DNA of 64,000 bases, from IMG/VR virus record IMGVR_UViG_3300038393_000351, positions 32,001 through 96,000 of that record, one strand, 5' to 3'. Position numbers and translations under genes: made by a program. The stretch comes from a virus. How positions within the stretch are numbered: position 1 is the first letter of the stretch; the number at the start of each line of letters is the position of its first letter. A model generated the notes under the pieces. That model had not been told where the DNA came from. It made no database searches and worked only from the letters and a program-made list of their open reading frames with translations. Shown here one piece after another: positions 18,841-26,665 of this stretch.

Positions 18841-19226
18841 TTAGCTCCTAGTTTCTCAATGGTCTTCTTAAGAATAAGCGAAGAGGGTCGATCGTGCTTT
18901 AGAACATCCGGCGACTGCAGCCATTCGTTGATCGAGTGTTCCTGATCGCTGAGAACTGATATATCATCATCGAGCTCCTTAGAAGCCGCTTGCTGAAGCT
19001 TCATGAGTGCTTTCTGGTGAGCGATAGTCTCATCCTGCTCTTCTATAACGCGCTGCTTGGCAGCTACTTCAGCAGTGAGTCGAGCGTTCTCAGCTGCGGT
19101 GTGTGTGACGGACCAATACATCCAGCCGACTGTGCCTACAATCGCTACAGCACCGATTCCAATAAGCCAATATTTAATAGCAGAACTAGCGAAAAACGCC
19201 GTTATTCGAGCTAACAATCCAGACAT
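18837..19226 (-). CDS. Inner-membrane spanin (Rz-like)
   Basis: N-terminal TM then long coiled coil; late promoter TAAATA at 19260-19255. Confidence 0.7.
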   Translation of the reverse strand: MSGLLARITAFFASSAIKYWLIGIGAVAIVGTVGWMYWSVTHTAAENARLTAEVAAKQRVIEEQDETIAHQKALMKLQQAASKELDDDISVLSDQEHSINEWLQSPDVLKHDRPSSLILKKTIEKLGAK

Positions 19227-19260
19227 CGTTTATGTGACTCCTCCATGTACTTTGTATTTA

Positions 19261-19623
19261 TCACCCAAAGTACTCCCGTTTCTTATGAATAGCGTATTCC
19301 GTGGCTTTCTCGATAGCTTGTTCATAGTTGTCGTAGGCGCGATCGAGTTCATCATCAGTGAAAGTTCTGAAATAACTTCCCTCTTCCCACGCATCCGCTG
19401 GATCTCTCTTCGTCTCACAGCGATAGCAGGCTGAGACTTCACCGCGACTGTTCACTGAAGCTTCAATACCGACTATACGTCTTATCTTGACTTCCGGAGA
19501 GAAATAACTTTCCTGTCTCTCCCAGACTTTACCGTCGATTTCTTTTTGAACTACACGCACTCGTTCATATGAGCGCGGGCAGTAGAAGACGTCGTCGATT
19601 CCATACTTACACTCAAAATTCAT
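19261..19623 (-). CDS. Hypothetical protein
   Basis: ORF with GAGGA SD, coupled to neighbours. Confidence 0.6.
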   Translation of the reverse strand: MNFECKYGIDDVFYCPRSYERVRVVQKEIDGKVWERQESYFSPEVKIRRIVGIEASVNSRGEVSACYRCETKRDPADAWEEGSYFRTFTDDELDRAYDNYEQAIEKATEYAIHKKREYFG

Positions 19624-19808
19624 TTCGATTCCTCGATCATCGGAGTTCCAATCAGGATTTCTTTACCCGATAGACGAACTTTGAGTTCACGAACGAACGA
19701 CATCGCGCCGCTGAACGTCTTGAACTTCTTCGATCGCTCATCTATGAGTTTGAAGTTTGGATCACTCTCGTCAACGTTCTTGATTGTAAATTTTACTCTG
19801 TGCTTCAA
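19620..19808 (-). CDS. Hypothetical protein
   Basis: GGAGG SD before TTG. Confidence 0.55.
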   Translation of the reverse strand: MKHRVKFTIKNVDESDPNFKLIDERSKKFKTFSGAMSFVRELKVRLSGKEILIGTPMIEESK

Positions 19809-19874
19809 GTGACCGCCTCCTACATCCTTAGTCTGACTCAGATATTAAACTATACATCGTATATGAGAATTCTT

Positions 19875-20858
19875 TTAATCTCCAATTACTTGTTGACGAT
19901 AGAGTTCCACGATCAGTTCCTCGATCTTACTCACGTCCGCTCTCTCAGGGAGCGAAGATTGAGTGCTCGCTTCTTCAACATCCGTTAATAATTTATCAAG
20001 TTCATCGGCTATCGCTTTATACGGAACTTCACCGCGCTTGATACTCAAGAGACGATCGGCGTTTGGTCTGGGAAATGTGATTTGATTCGTGCTGAGAAGC
20101 TCGATCGCCTGCTCACCTACGCGGATGGCGTGCGACAGGGCTTTCCAGTCGATTCCCTGATTCGTCTCAGCTTGCTTTGCTCGATCACCGTATTCATTGT
20201 AGACTCGTCGGTAGATTTTACAAGCGTTCTCGATCGTGATGGTGTAGGGTACTTTCCTATCGCAGCAGACGAAGTGAAGCATGTGTGTGCCGTGTGCACC
20301 GTTTGGAATGCTCTCGATCGAGCAGTGCTCTACGCTATCGGCTAAATTCTGGAGCACACCGTAGAGTTCTCCAAGCTTTTCCTTTGGAGAGATATTCTCA
20401 TAGTATTCAAGAACTTCAAGCACTTCCCTGACAGCCGCGACACGGGAACCACGGATTCCATACTTATTCGCCTGCTGTCTGCAGTATCCTACATAACCAT
20501 CAACTTTCCTCGATAGGAAGATGTTCTTGTTATCTAGAATGATGTCGTAGAGAGGGTCCTTGAAGATGATGTTCTGAGGAGGAGCGTAGATCATCTCCAT
20601 CCCAATGATGTCGCCGGAGAACAACATCTCACAGAGCTTATGGACTGAGAAGCTCTGGATGTCTACATCGTCCGCGGTGTTCTTTGCACCGTGCTCCTTG
20701 GGTTTTGAGTTGTCGTACGCTTTCTTGGCACGCTGCAGAACGATGTCTCGACCCGAGGGAAGGTGAACTTCCTTCAGATCGAGATCAGACGTTTCAGTGT
20801 TCGTTCCGTAGAGGTGCGAGCCGTGCTTAATCTTAAAGATAGTCTTCTTGTCACGCAT
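19875..20858 (-). CDS. Pol-beta-superfamily nucleotidyltransferase (RlaP/phage type)
   Basis: HGSHLYGTNTETSDLDLK (GS...DxD); YCRQQANKYG; DWKALSHAIR. Confidence 0.85.
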   Translation of the reverse strand: MRDKKTIFKIKHGSHLYGTNTETSDLDLKEVHLPSGRDIVLQRAKKAYDNSKPKEHGAKNTADDVDIQSFSVHKLCEMLFSGDIIGMEMIYAPPQNIIFKDPLYDIILDNKNIFLSRKVDGYVGYCRQQANKYGIRGSRVAAVREVLEVLEYYENISPKEKLGELYGVLQNLADSVEHCSIESIPNGAHGTHMLHFVCCDRKVPYTITIENACKIYRRVYNEYGDRAKQAETNQGIDWKALSHAIRVGEQAIELLSTNQITFPRPNADRLLSIKRGEVPYKAIADELDKLLTDVEEASTQSSLPERADVSKIEELIVELYRQQVIGD

Positions 20859-21576
20859 TGTTCTGAAGTAGATCCCGTAGTGTAAGCTTATTCGAGACTT
20901 CTACAACAAGCCCATGATGATTGATGAAGTGAGTGGGCTTGTTGTCGACGTCGTTGAAGACAGCACCAGTCAGGACACCACCGAACACACAAGCGGTGTC
21001 GAGATTGAGACGATTGTGATGAAGATCCGGCCAATCGCTCCTTAGCGGTGTGTGACCGTGAACGACGAATCCACCGTTTGGACGCATATCCATCATGAAC
21101 TCATCGCGAGCCCAGACCATGTAGTCCTTGTTCTGGGTATCCATCGAGAGACGAAGGCTCCGTTGGATGCCGGCGTGGACAAACGTCCTGAGTCCATCGT
21201 TGAAGAAGTACGGAAGATTCATCATCTCCTCGATGTAGGAACGAGGGATGTCGTAGATCTCCTGAACTCCGAACGAGTCCATCGTATCACCATACGACGC
21301 CGTCCACTGGTACTGAGAGTGAGTATCACCGAAGTACGCTTCCCAGAGCATCTTCTCATGGTTACCCATCAGGCGAATGGTCTCTCCCTTCTCCTTCATA
21401 CGACGAGAGAAGTCGAGCACTCCCTTTGAGTCCGGACCGCGGTCGATGTAGTCGCCGATGAAGACGTAGCGAGTCTCCTCACCCGGAAAGTTCTTTTCAT
21501 AGGCTGCTATGAGCGCCTTGAGTTGATCAAGGCACCCATGAACGTCGCCGATTGCAAGTGTTTTCATTTTACTCAC
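20851..21576 (-). CDS. Metallophosphoesterase, Ser/Thr protein phosphatase (lambda NinI/PphA-like)
   Basis: GDVHG, GDYIDRGPDS, GNHE, VHAG, GHTP, LDTA. Confidence 0.92.
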   Translation of the reverse strand: MSKMKTLAIGDVHGCLDQLKALIAAYEKNFPGEETRYVFIGDYIDRGPDSKGVLDFSRRMKEKGETIRLMGNHEKMLWEAYFGDTHSQYQWTASYGDTMDSFGVQEIYDIPRSYIEEMMNLPYFFNDGLRTFVHAGIQRSLRLSMDTQNKDYMVWARDEFMMDMRPNGGFVVHGHTPLRSDWPDLHHNRLNLDTACVFGGVLTGAVFNDVDNKPTHFINHHGLVVEVSNKLTLRDLLQNNA

Positions 21577-21724
21577 TCAAGATCGCCACGATGTCCTTGG
21601 AGATCGAATCGAATACTGCGTTAGCTTCTTCCTGCGACAGATTCTTGTCGTCGATTAAGCCGTGCTTTGCAAGAGCTGTTACAACGCTAACAACGATTAA
21701 AACTGCGATCACTTCGGTGTTCAT
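21569..21724 (-). CDS. Small protein with hydrophobic N-terminus
   Basis: ATGA-coupled; AAGGA SD. Confidence 0.5.
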   Translation of the reverse strand: MNTEVIAVLIVVSVVTALAKHGLIDDKNLSQEEANAVFDSISKDIVAILSE

Positions 21725-22740
21725 GATGCTAATTCCTTGTTTCCTTGATAAAGACGAACTCGACCTTCCGCTTCTGCTTTGATGAAGCGGGCTACGTAGT
21801 CGTCGTTGTACATAGCCAGAACTTGGTAGTAGTGTTCCCAGGCATACTCCCTCCACCATCCGGAGGTGATCGAAGTGCATACCTTCTCCAGAGCGATCAG
21901 GAACGAAGTCCTCGGTGCGATCTCGAAGTTGCACGGAATCTGGCTGCGCTCCAGAGCGAGAACGTAGGACTCTTCGAGAACTGAGAGGAGCTTGACGTGA
22001 ATCGGAAGTTCAAAGAACTTCTTCTTATCGGTTTTAACTTCTGCGCCGTCGGCTTGAAAATACTTGTACGCCGGAGAAGTTTTTTGCATATCTTCGTCCA
22101 TGCAAAACGGCCAATCCGGATCTGGAAGCGTGGCTAAAGCCGCGTGTATGTCGTCGTGCTCATACTTGTACTCGACTCCATCACCTGAGAAGAACTGCTC
22201 CTTGTTCCGTTCAAGAGACGGGTGCTTATAATAGTACGTTGCCTTCTCACGTCTCTTGAACCAGTCCTGAAGCACTGGGGGTACGCTGTAACCAAGTCCC
22301 CTCAGAGCCAGGATGTCGTCCATCGTCTTCCTGAAGTGTGGATTGTTCTTCAGATAGCGGTGAGACAACTTCAGTGCTAGAACAACGTTCGGATCAGCAA
22401 AGTGAACGACGCCGAACAGATCATCTAGAAACTTTTTGTTAAACTCTGTAAATAGCGCTCGGTCTGTTCTTTTCAGTTCCCATCCAGTTGGATTCTCGAT
22501 CGGATCGGCAACCTCAAACTCGATCGGCCTGGCACCTCTCACGTGAAGATGAATGATGATCTTTAGCAACCGAGAATCATCGGTGTGAAACTCGATTTTC
22601 TTTTCCCTAAGGCGATCTTGAAAACCATTGATTTCATCCATCGTAGCGATGGCGTCTACATCCGAGGGAATCCTCCCCAGGCGAACGCCGTGAGCGATGA
22701 GTGCATGAGAACCGATGATGAGCATGTCAGCAACCCGCAT
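21721..22740 (-). CDS. Phage protein with N-terminal nucleotidyltransferase-like motif (start may be 22725)
   Basis: LIIGSHAL...PSDVDAI (GS + DxD); LKLSHRY; YEHDDIH; EESYVLALER; KVCTSITSGWWRE. Confidence 0.7.
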   Translation of the reverse strand: MRVADMLIIGSHALIAHGVRLGRIPSDVDAIATMDEINGFQDRLREKKIEFHTDDSRLLKIIIHLHVRGARPIEFEVADPIENPTGWELKRTDRALFTEFNKKFLDDLFGVVHFADPNVVLALKLSHRYLKNNPHFRKTMDDILALRGLGYSVPPVLQDWFKRREKATYYYKHPSLERNKEQFFSGDGVEYKYEHDDIHAALATLPDPDWPFCMDEDMQKTSPAYKYFQADGAEVKTDKKKFFELPIHVKLLSVLEESYVLALERSQIPCNFEIAPRTSFLIALEKVCTSITSGWWREYAWEHYYQVLAMYNDDYVARFIKAEAEGRVRLYQGNKELAS

Positions 22741-23020
22741 CCGATGATAGCCAACCTTCTAAGGCACCATGCCCTTCGAGAGGCCAATAGTCGTTCCGTA
22801 CATCAGAACTATACCATGGTGTTCCATCCGATTGAACCGGAAAATAATACCCAGAGTTTCCAAATTCATCAAAGGGAGGAAGTCCAGTAAACGAAACGAT
22901 GATGCCGTGTTCATCGGCGATCTTTTCGATCTCCCAGATCTTCCTCTTAACGTAGTCGCGAAGCTCAACTCGGATTCCCTCGATCTTCGCCTGAGCTTCA
23001 GCTTTCGGATCATTAGTCAT
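22727..23020 (-). CDS. W-x-S-S...C family small protein, paralog 5
   Basis: KIADEHG...GYYFP...GWLSSDAGC-stop. Confidence 0.75.
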   Translation of the reverse strand: MTNDPKAEAQAKIEGIRVELRDYVKRKIWEIEKIADEHGIIVSFTGLPPFDEFGNSGYYFPVQSDGTPWYSSDVRNDYWPLEGHGALEGWLSSDAGC

Positions 23021-23201
23021 CTTGATACTTCTCCAGGATCAAGGTGAATTTCTCACCATTGATTTCGAAATTGCGATAGCTAACGTGTTCACCGTGTTTT
23101 GAAGCTTGAAAGAATCGCCTATCTTCATATCGATCCATGACGTCTTCTATCCCATTATCGATAGAAGACGTTAGTTCATCTAGAATACTCACGCTCAACA
23201 C
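23013..23201 (-). CDS. Hypothetical protein inserted in the paralog array
   Basis: Overlaps both neighbours by a few nt. Confidence 0.5.
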   Translation of the reverse strand: MLSVSILDELTSSIDNGIEDVMDRYEDRRFFQASKHGEHVSYRNFEINGEKFTLILEKYQDD

Positions 23202-23524
23202 CTTTCGGACGAACTGATCCAGTTACCGTGACTCCAGTCACGTTCGTATTCTCCGCAGTTGTTCCATGGATGATATTCATGGTGTTCCGGATGATTTTTG
23301 TTTGGATCTTCTTCGTAACCTTCCGGAAGATCATATGCATAATCATCCCAGACTACCCAATCATCTGGACGCTTCGGGTAATAAGTTCCAGAATGCTGGT
23401 TGTCTGGGCTGGAGTAGACAAAAGGCACTATATGATCGTCGGCGATCTTTTGTGCTTCTTTCCATTTTTCTTTGATCGAATCGATGATATCATCGATTCG
23501 ATTGCGCGCTTGTTGTTGATTCAT
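23195..23524 (-). CDS. W-x-S-S...C family small protein, paralog 4
   Basis: KIADDH...GTYYP...NWISSSERC-stop; ATG 23524. Confidence 0.75.
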   Translation of the reverse strand: MNQQQARNRIDDIIDSIKEKWKEAQKIADDHIVPFVYSSPDNQHSGTYYPKRPDDWVVWDDYAYDLPEGYEEDPNKNHPEHHEYHPWNNCGEYERDWSHGNWISSSERC

Positions 23525-23526
23525 CT

Positions 23527-23775
23527 TCAGCAATAGATCGAAGATGAAGACCAGGACGAAGGATACCACTCACCTTCACCTGAAGCACCACCGTCTGCGT
23601 ACGGATGATTTTCCGAACCGGCCGGGTAGTAAGTACCGATGTTGCGAGGCTCGAAATCGAACTCTTCACCAGTCTCATCGGCGATCCTCTGAGCCGCGTC
23701 GATCAGTTCCTGAATCTGACCACGAATCTCAGCGAACTTCTTTCGCGCGTATTCCTTCTTACTCATACCGTCCAT
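23527..23775 (-). CDS. W-x-S-S...C family small protein, paralog 3
   Basis: RIADET...GTYYP...WYPSSWSSSSIYC-stop; GGAGG SD. Confidence 0.75.
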   Translation of the reverse strand: MDGMSKKEYARKKFAEIRGQIQELIDAAQRIADETGEEFDFEPRNIGTYYPAGSENHPYADGGASGEGEWYPSSWSSSSIYC

Positions 23776-23786
23776 TTCTTCCTCCA

Positions 23787-24047
23787 TCAGCAAGTCGACG
23801 CTTGCCAGTCAATGTGTTCATGAGACCAATGAGCGTCTGCCCATTCATCTGACGCTTCCCATTCGCACCCGCCCGACGCTTGCCAGATCAGCTCACGAGG
23901 GTGATACGTGCCCAGCGTACTCGGCTTGAAATCAAACGAGATTTCATGCTCGTCGGCGATCTCAGTCGCCTTATCGAGAAGATCGTTGACTTCAGCCAGG
24001 ATCTTCTTGATATCTTTCTTCGCTTTTTCCTTCTTACTCAGCGTCAT
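23787..24047 (-). CDS. W-x-S-S...C family small protein, paralog 2
   Basis: EIADEH...GTYHP...WQASGGC EWEASD...WQASTC-stop; AAGGAG SD. Confidence 0.75.
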   Translation of the reverse strand: MTLSKKEKAKKDIKKILAEVNDLLDKATEIADEHEISFDFKPSTLGTYHPRELIWQASGGCEWEASDEWADAHWSHEHIDWQASTC

Positions 24048-24058
24048 TCAGTTCTCCT

Positions 24059-24316
24059 TTAACAGTTCTGCGACGATGAACGCCAGAAACCACCATCGTC
24101 TCCATACTCATTCGATGGAAACAAGTAATCGTCGGGATCACCTTCCCACTCGCTTTTTCTTGCAGGATCGGGATAATACGATCCGCCCATGCCATACGCA
24201 ACACTGAAGAAGAACTCGATACCGTGAGCATCGGCGATCTCAGTAGCTTCCTTGATGAGGAGCTTTGCTTGATTCTTCAGTTCCTGAATCTTTCCTCTCG
24301 CTTCGTTCTTATCCAT
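24059..24316 (-). CDS. W-x-S-S...C family small protein, paralog 1
   Basis: EIADAHG...AYGMGGSYYP...FWRSSSQNC-stop; GAGGA SD. Confidence 0.75.
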   Translation of the reverse strand: MDKNEARGKIQELKNQAKLLIKEATEIADAHGIEFFFSVAYGMGGSYYPDPARKSEWEGDPDDYLFPSNEYGDDGGFWRSSSQNC

Positions 24317-24345
24317 CCGTTCCTCTTCCATATAAAGACAGTGGG

Positions 24346-24376
24346 ATTATACGTCCTAAATACTCATTCGTGAACT
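24346..24376 (-). promoter_or_regulatory. Sigma70-like early/middle promoter for the paralog operon
   Basis: GTTCAC...ACG-TATAAT upstream of 24316. Confidence 0.55.
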
Positions 24377-24467
24377 TATCGTTGAAAGTCTTTTTGAACC
24401 GTAAAATAGTTAACACTCATCCCTGTACAATGCCGATGATAAGGTATATGTATGATCTAGAAGGAGA

Positions 24468-24734
24468 ATGATCATGAGTATCTGGTCAGACATGCTTAGA
24501 GGAGCTTTTTATGGACTCTTTGGGAGCGGTTCATACATAGACTCCGATCATCCGAACCTCGATCCAGTCAAGATCGAGATCATGGAACCCAACACTCTTC
24601 AGTGGGCTCCGGTTGGAACATCGGTACCAAACATCAACGCCGTGAGCGTCAGGCTTCGAGAAGAAGTTAGAAAAGTTCCCGGCAGGCGAGCTCGGGCTGT
24701 TGATTCTTCCGGCCGAGTAATCGACATCGCGTAA
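24468..24734 (+). CDS. Hypothetical protein (plus-strand island)
   Basis: AAGGAG SD; TGTACA...TATATGTATGAT promoter-like sequence upstream. Confidence 0.65.
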   Translation: MIMSIWSDMLRGAFYGLFGSGSYIDSDHPNLDPVKIEIMEPNTLQWAPVGTSVPNINAVSVRLREEVRKVPGRRARAVDSSGRVIDIA

Positions 24735-24752
24735 AAATAAAAGTTTCTAGAT

Positions 24753-24791
24753 CAACTGCACTGTGGTTATAATCTGGCCACAGTGCAGTTG
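24753..24791. repeat. 14-bp perfect inverted repeat enclosing TATAAT
   Basis: CAACTGCACTGTGG-TTATAATCTGG-CCACAGTGCAGTTG. Confidence 0.85.
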
Positions 24792-24821
24792 CTGTATCTA
24801 TAACAAGGAGAACACTATACG

Positions 24822-25019
24822 ATGACGACCAATAAGACTACCAAGCTTCTGAATGAGTTCTTGAAGGGCAAGGTCCTGACCGTTGCTCAGATCCGTTCGA
24901 AGTTCGGCGTTCGCAATGTTTCGGCACACATCTCGTACATCCGCCAGAAGCACGATCGCCGCATCGTCACTTCCCGCAAGGGAAACAAGACCTACTACGG
25001 GTTTCAAGCTGTAGCCTAA
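24822..25019 (+). CDS. Small basic winged-helix DNA-binding protein
   Basis: KLLNEFLKGKVLTVAQIRSKFGVRNVSAHISYIR...KTYYG; AAGGAG SD. Confidence 0.7.
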   Translation: MTTNKTTKLLNEFLKGKVLTVAQIRSKFGVRNVSAHISYIRQKHDRRIVTSRKGNKTYYGFQAVA

Positions 25020-25043
25020 TCACTTAAATATCAAGTGGTTCGT

Positions 25044-25069
25044 AGGGCCGGCGCATAGCCGGCCTTTTT
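25044..25069 (+). terminator. Rho-independent terminator
   Basis: GGCCGGC-GCATA-GCCGGCC followed by TTTTT. Confidence 0.75.
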
Positions 25070-25082
25070 CGTATGAGGAGGG

Positions 25083-25268
25083 ATGATGGCAAAGAAGAAA
25101 GAAAAACAATGGAAGCTTCATGCGATGACCAAAGAGGGTTGCGCTACTCTCTTCAAGTTCTATAAAGACAGATACAACGTCAGACTGATTAAAGATCGTG
25201 AACTGGATACCAACGGAGTCACGTGGACGTTTACGATCACACATCCGTTTCCAGATGAGGTGGACTGA
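25083..25268 (+). CDS. Hypothetical protein
   Basis: GAGGAGG SD; TGATG coupling to the next gene. Confidence 0.65.
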   Translation: MMAKKKEKQWKLHAMTKEGCATLFKFYKDRYNVRLIKDRELDTNGVTWTFTITHPFPDEVD

Positions 25269-25699
25269 TGAAGATAGGATTCACTGGAAACCAACACGGA
25301 ATGAGCAAGGCTCAGAGAGTAGCGTTCGCTGAGACGATCATATCCTGGGATTCAAAGCAGTTCCCAACTGAGTTTCATCATGGAGACTGCATAGGTTCGG
25401 ATGAACAAGCACACTTCATCGTGAAAGAAGTGTGTCCTCACTGGAAGATCGTAATCCATCCTCCCATCAATCATACGAAGAGGGCGTTTGTTCTGGGCGA
25501 TGAGTCTCGGATCTTACGGGATTATCTACCGAGAAATCGAGACATAGTCAGCGAAGCTCTGAGGATGATAGCTACACCGGCTCAGTATCTGGAGCAACTC
25601 AGATCTGGTACGTGGTACACTATTCGGTATTCGAGAAAAAGAGGCAGAATGATCCGAATCATCTTTCCGGATGGATCGTTTCGAGACGAAAACGTATAA
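25268..25699 (+). CDS. SLOG-superfamily (YspA/DprA-like) nucleotide-binding protein
   Basis: KIGFTG; HHGDCIGSD; RNRDIV; SGTWYTIRY. Confidence 0.65.
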   Translation: MKIGFTGNQHGMSKAQRVAFAETIISWDSKQFPTEFHHGDCIGSDEQAHFIVKEVCPHWKIVIHPPINHTKRAFVLGDESRILRDYLPRNRDIVSEALRMIATPAQYLEQLRSGTWYTIRYSRKRGRMIRIIFPDGSFRDENV

Positions 25700-25721
25700 A
25701 CCCGGGAAATTTCCCGGGTTT
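25698..25721. terminator. Bidirectional terminator between convergent operons
   Basis: Perfect palindrome AAACCCGGGAAATTTCCCGGGTTT flanked by A/T runs. Confidence 0.8.
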
Positions 25722-25725
25722 TATT

Positions 25726-25827
25726 TTAACTTCCTAATATGTAGGGAATGATGATTCGAAGAAGTCCGGTATTATTAGCAATCACCATCAGTCCAATGAA
25801 GATGAGTACAGCAGTTACCCAGCGCAT
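25726..25827 (-). CDS. 33-aa membrane micro-protein
   Basis: MRWVTAVLIFIGLMVIANNTGLLRIIIPYILGS; TGATG-coupled to regA. Confidence 0.5.
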   Translation of the reverse strand: MRWVTAVLIFIGLMVIANNTGLLRIIIPYILGS

Positions 25828-26234
25828 CACTTCTTCTTTCCGATAGCGTACTTTGGAGACAGTGTCCATTCCTTCTTCTCGTCGAAGTGGATTACTTTAA
25901 TCTTCTCCCGAAGGGGTCCTTCAATCTTTTCCGAGATAGCGTTCTTAGGTGTCCTGATCTTGACCAGATCCCATTGCTCAAGTAGGTCCGCGATCGTGTT
26001 TCGACGTGCTCGATCCTCATCATCGAATCCAGCATCCATGCCATCGAGCAGCCTCATCTCCTTGTAGTGAGTGATGAAGTATCGACCGCGCTTCTGTAGG
26101 ATGTGGCAGGACTGATAGAGCGTCTTATCTTTTGAAATACCAATTCGAGTGAGCGTTTCCTTGACTTTCAGGAACTGCGGGCGATCTAGCGGCTCAATCT
26201 CAATAAACGTATCAATCAACTTCTGCATAACCAA
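25827..26234 (-). CDS. regA: RegA translational repressor
   Basis: FLKVKETLTRIGI...LYQSCHILQKRGRYFITHYKE...RRNTIADLLEQWDL. Confidence 0.95.
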   Translation of the reverse strand: MVMQKLIDTFIEIEPLDRPQFLKVKETLTRIGISKDKTLYQSCHILQKRGRYFITHYKEMRLLDGMDAGFDDEDRARRNTIADLLEQWDLVKIRTPKNAISEKIEGPLREKIKVIHFDEKKEWTLSPKYAIGKKK

Positions 26235-26275
26235 AGCCTTCTTATTTTATATTGGCTTTGTATTTAGGCTTTTAC

Positions 26276-26662
26276 TTAGTTCTCGACACCTCGACTTCTG
26301 GACTCCCGCATCTCCTCGATCTGCTCGGGAGTGAGGATAGACGCCGCTTGCTCAGCTTTTACTCTGGAAAATGAGTAGGCTTCCATCAGGAACTTAACGT
26401 CCTCAGATGAGTTCCTCTTTCCCCACTTAGCAAACCTCTTCTTAGGACGAATGGCTTCTCGATAGTAGTCGTACTGAAGCTTTGGATCAAGATACTGATA
26501 GAGGTTGATCTCAGCTGCATGAAGAATCGTATCGGGATAGTAGGAGAGGGAGCGGTTGACCATAAACGCTGGATACTCCTTCTCTCCGTACTCAGCCATA
26601 GGATCACCCTTCTTCTGAGTGATCGCGTCGACCCATGTAAACGGTGATACCTTCTCAGCCAT
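26276..26662 (-). CDS. 62: Clamp loader small subunit (gp62)
   Basis: YPAFMVNRSLSYYPDT...LQYDYY...KKRFAKW; synteny. Confidence 0.93.
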   Translation of the reverse strand: MAEKVSPFTWVDAITQKKGDPMAEYGEKEYPAFMVNRSLSYYPDTILHAAEINLYQYLDPKLQYDYYREAIRPKKRFAKWGKRNSSEDVKFLMEAYSFSRVKAEQAASILTPEQIEEMRESRSRGVEN

Positions 26663-26665
26663 CTG

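Noticed and set aside
22727-24316. CRISPR-like or DGR-type repeat array
   Set aside because: The similarity is at the protein level. I saw no identical DNA repeats with spacers, no reverse transcriptase and no template/variable repeat pair.
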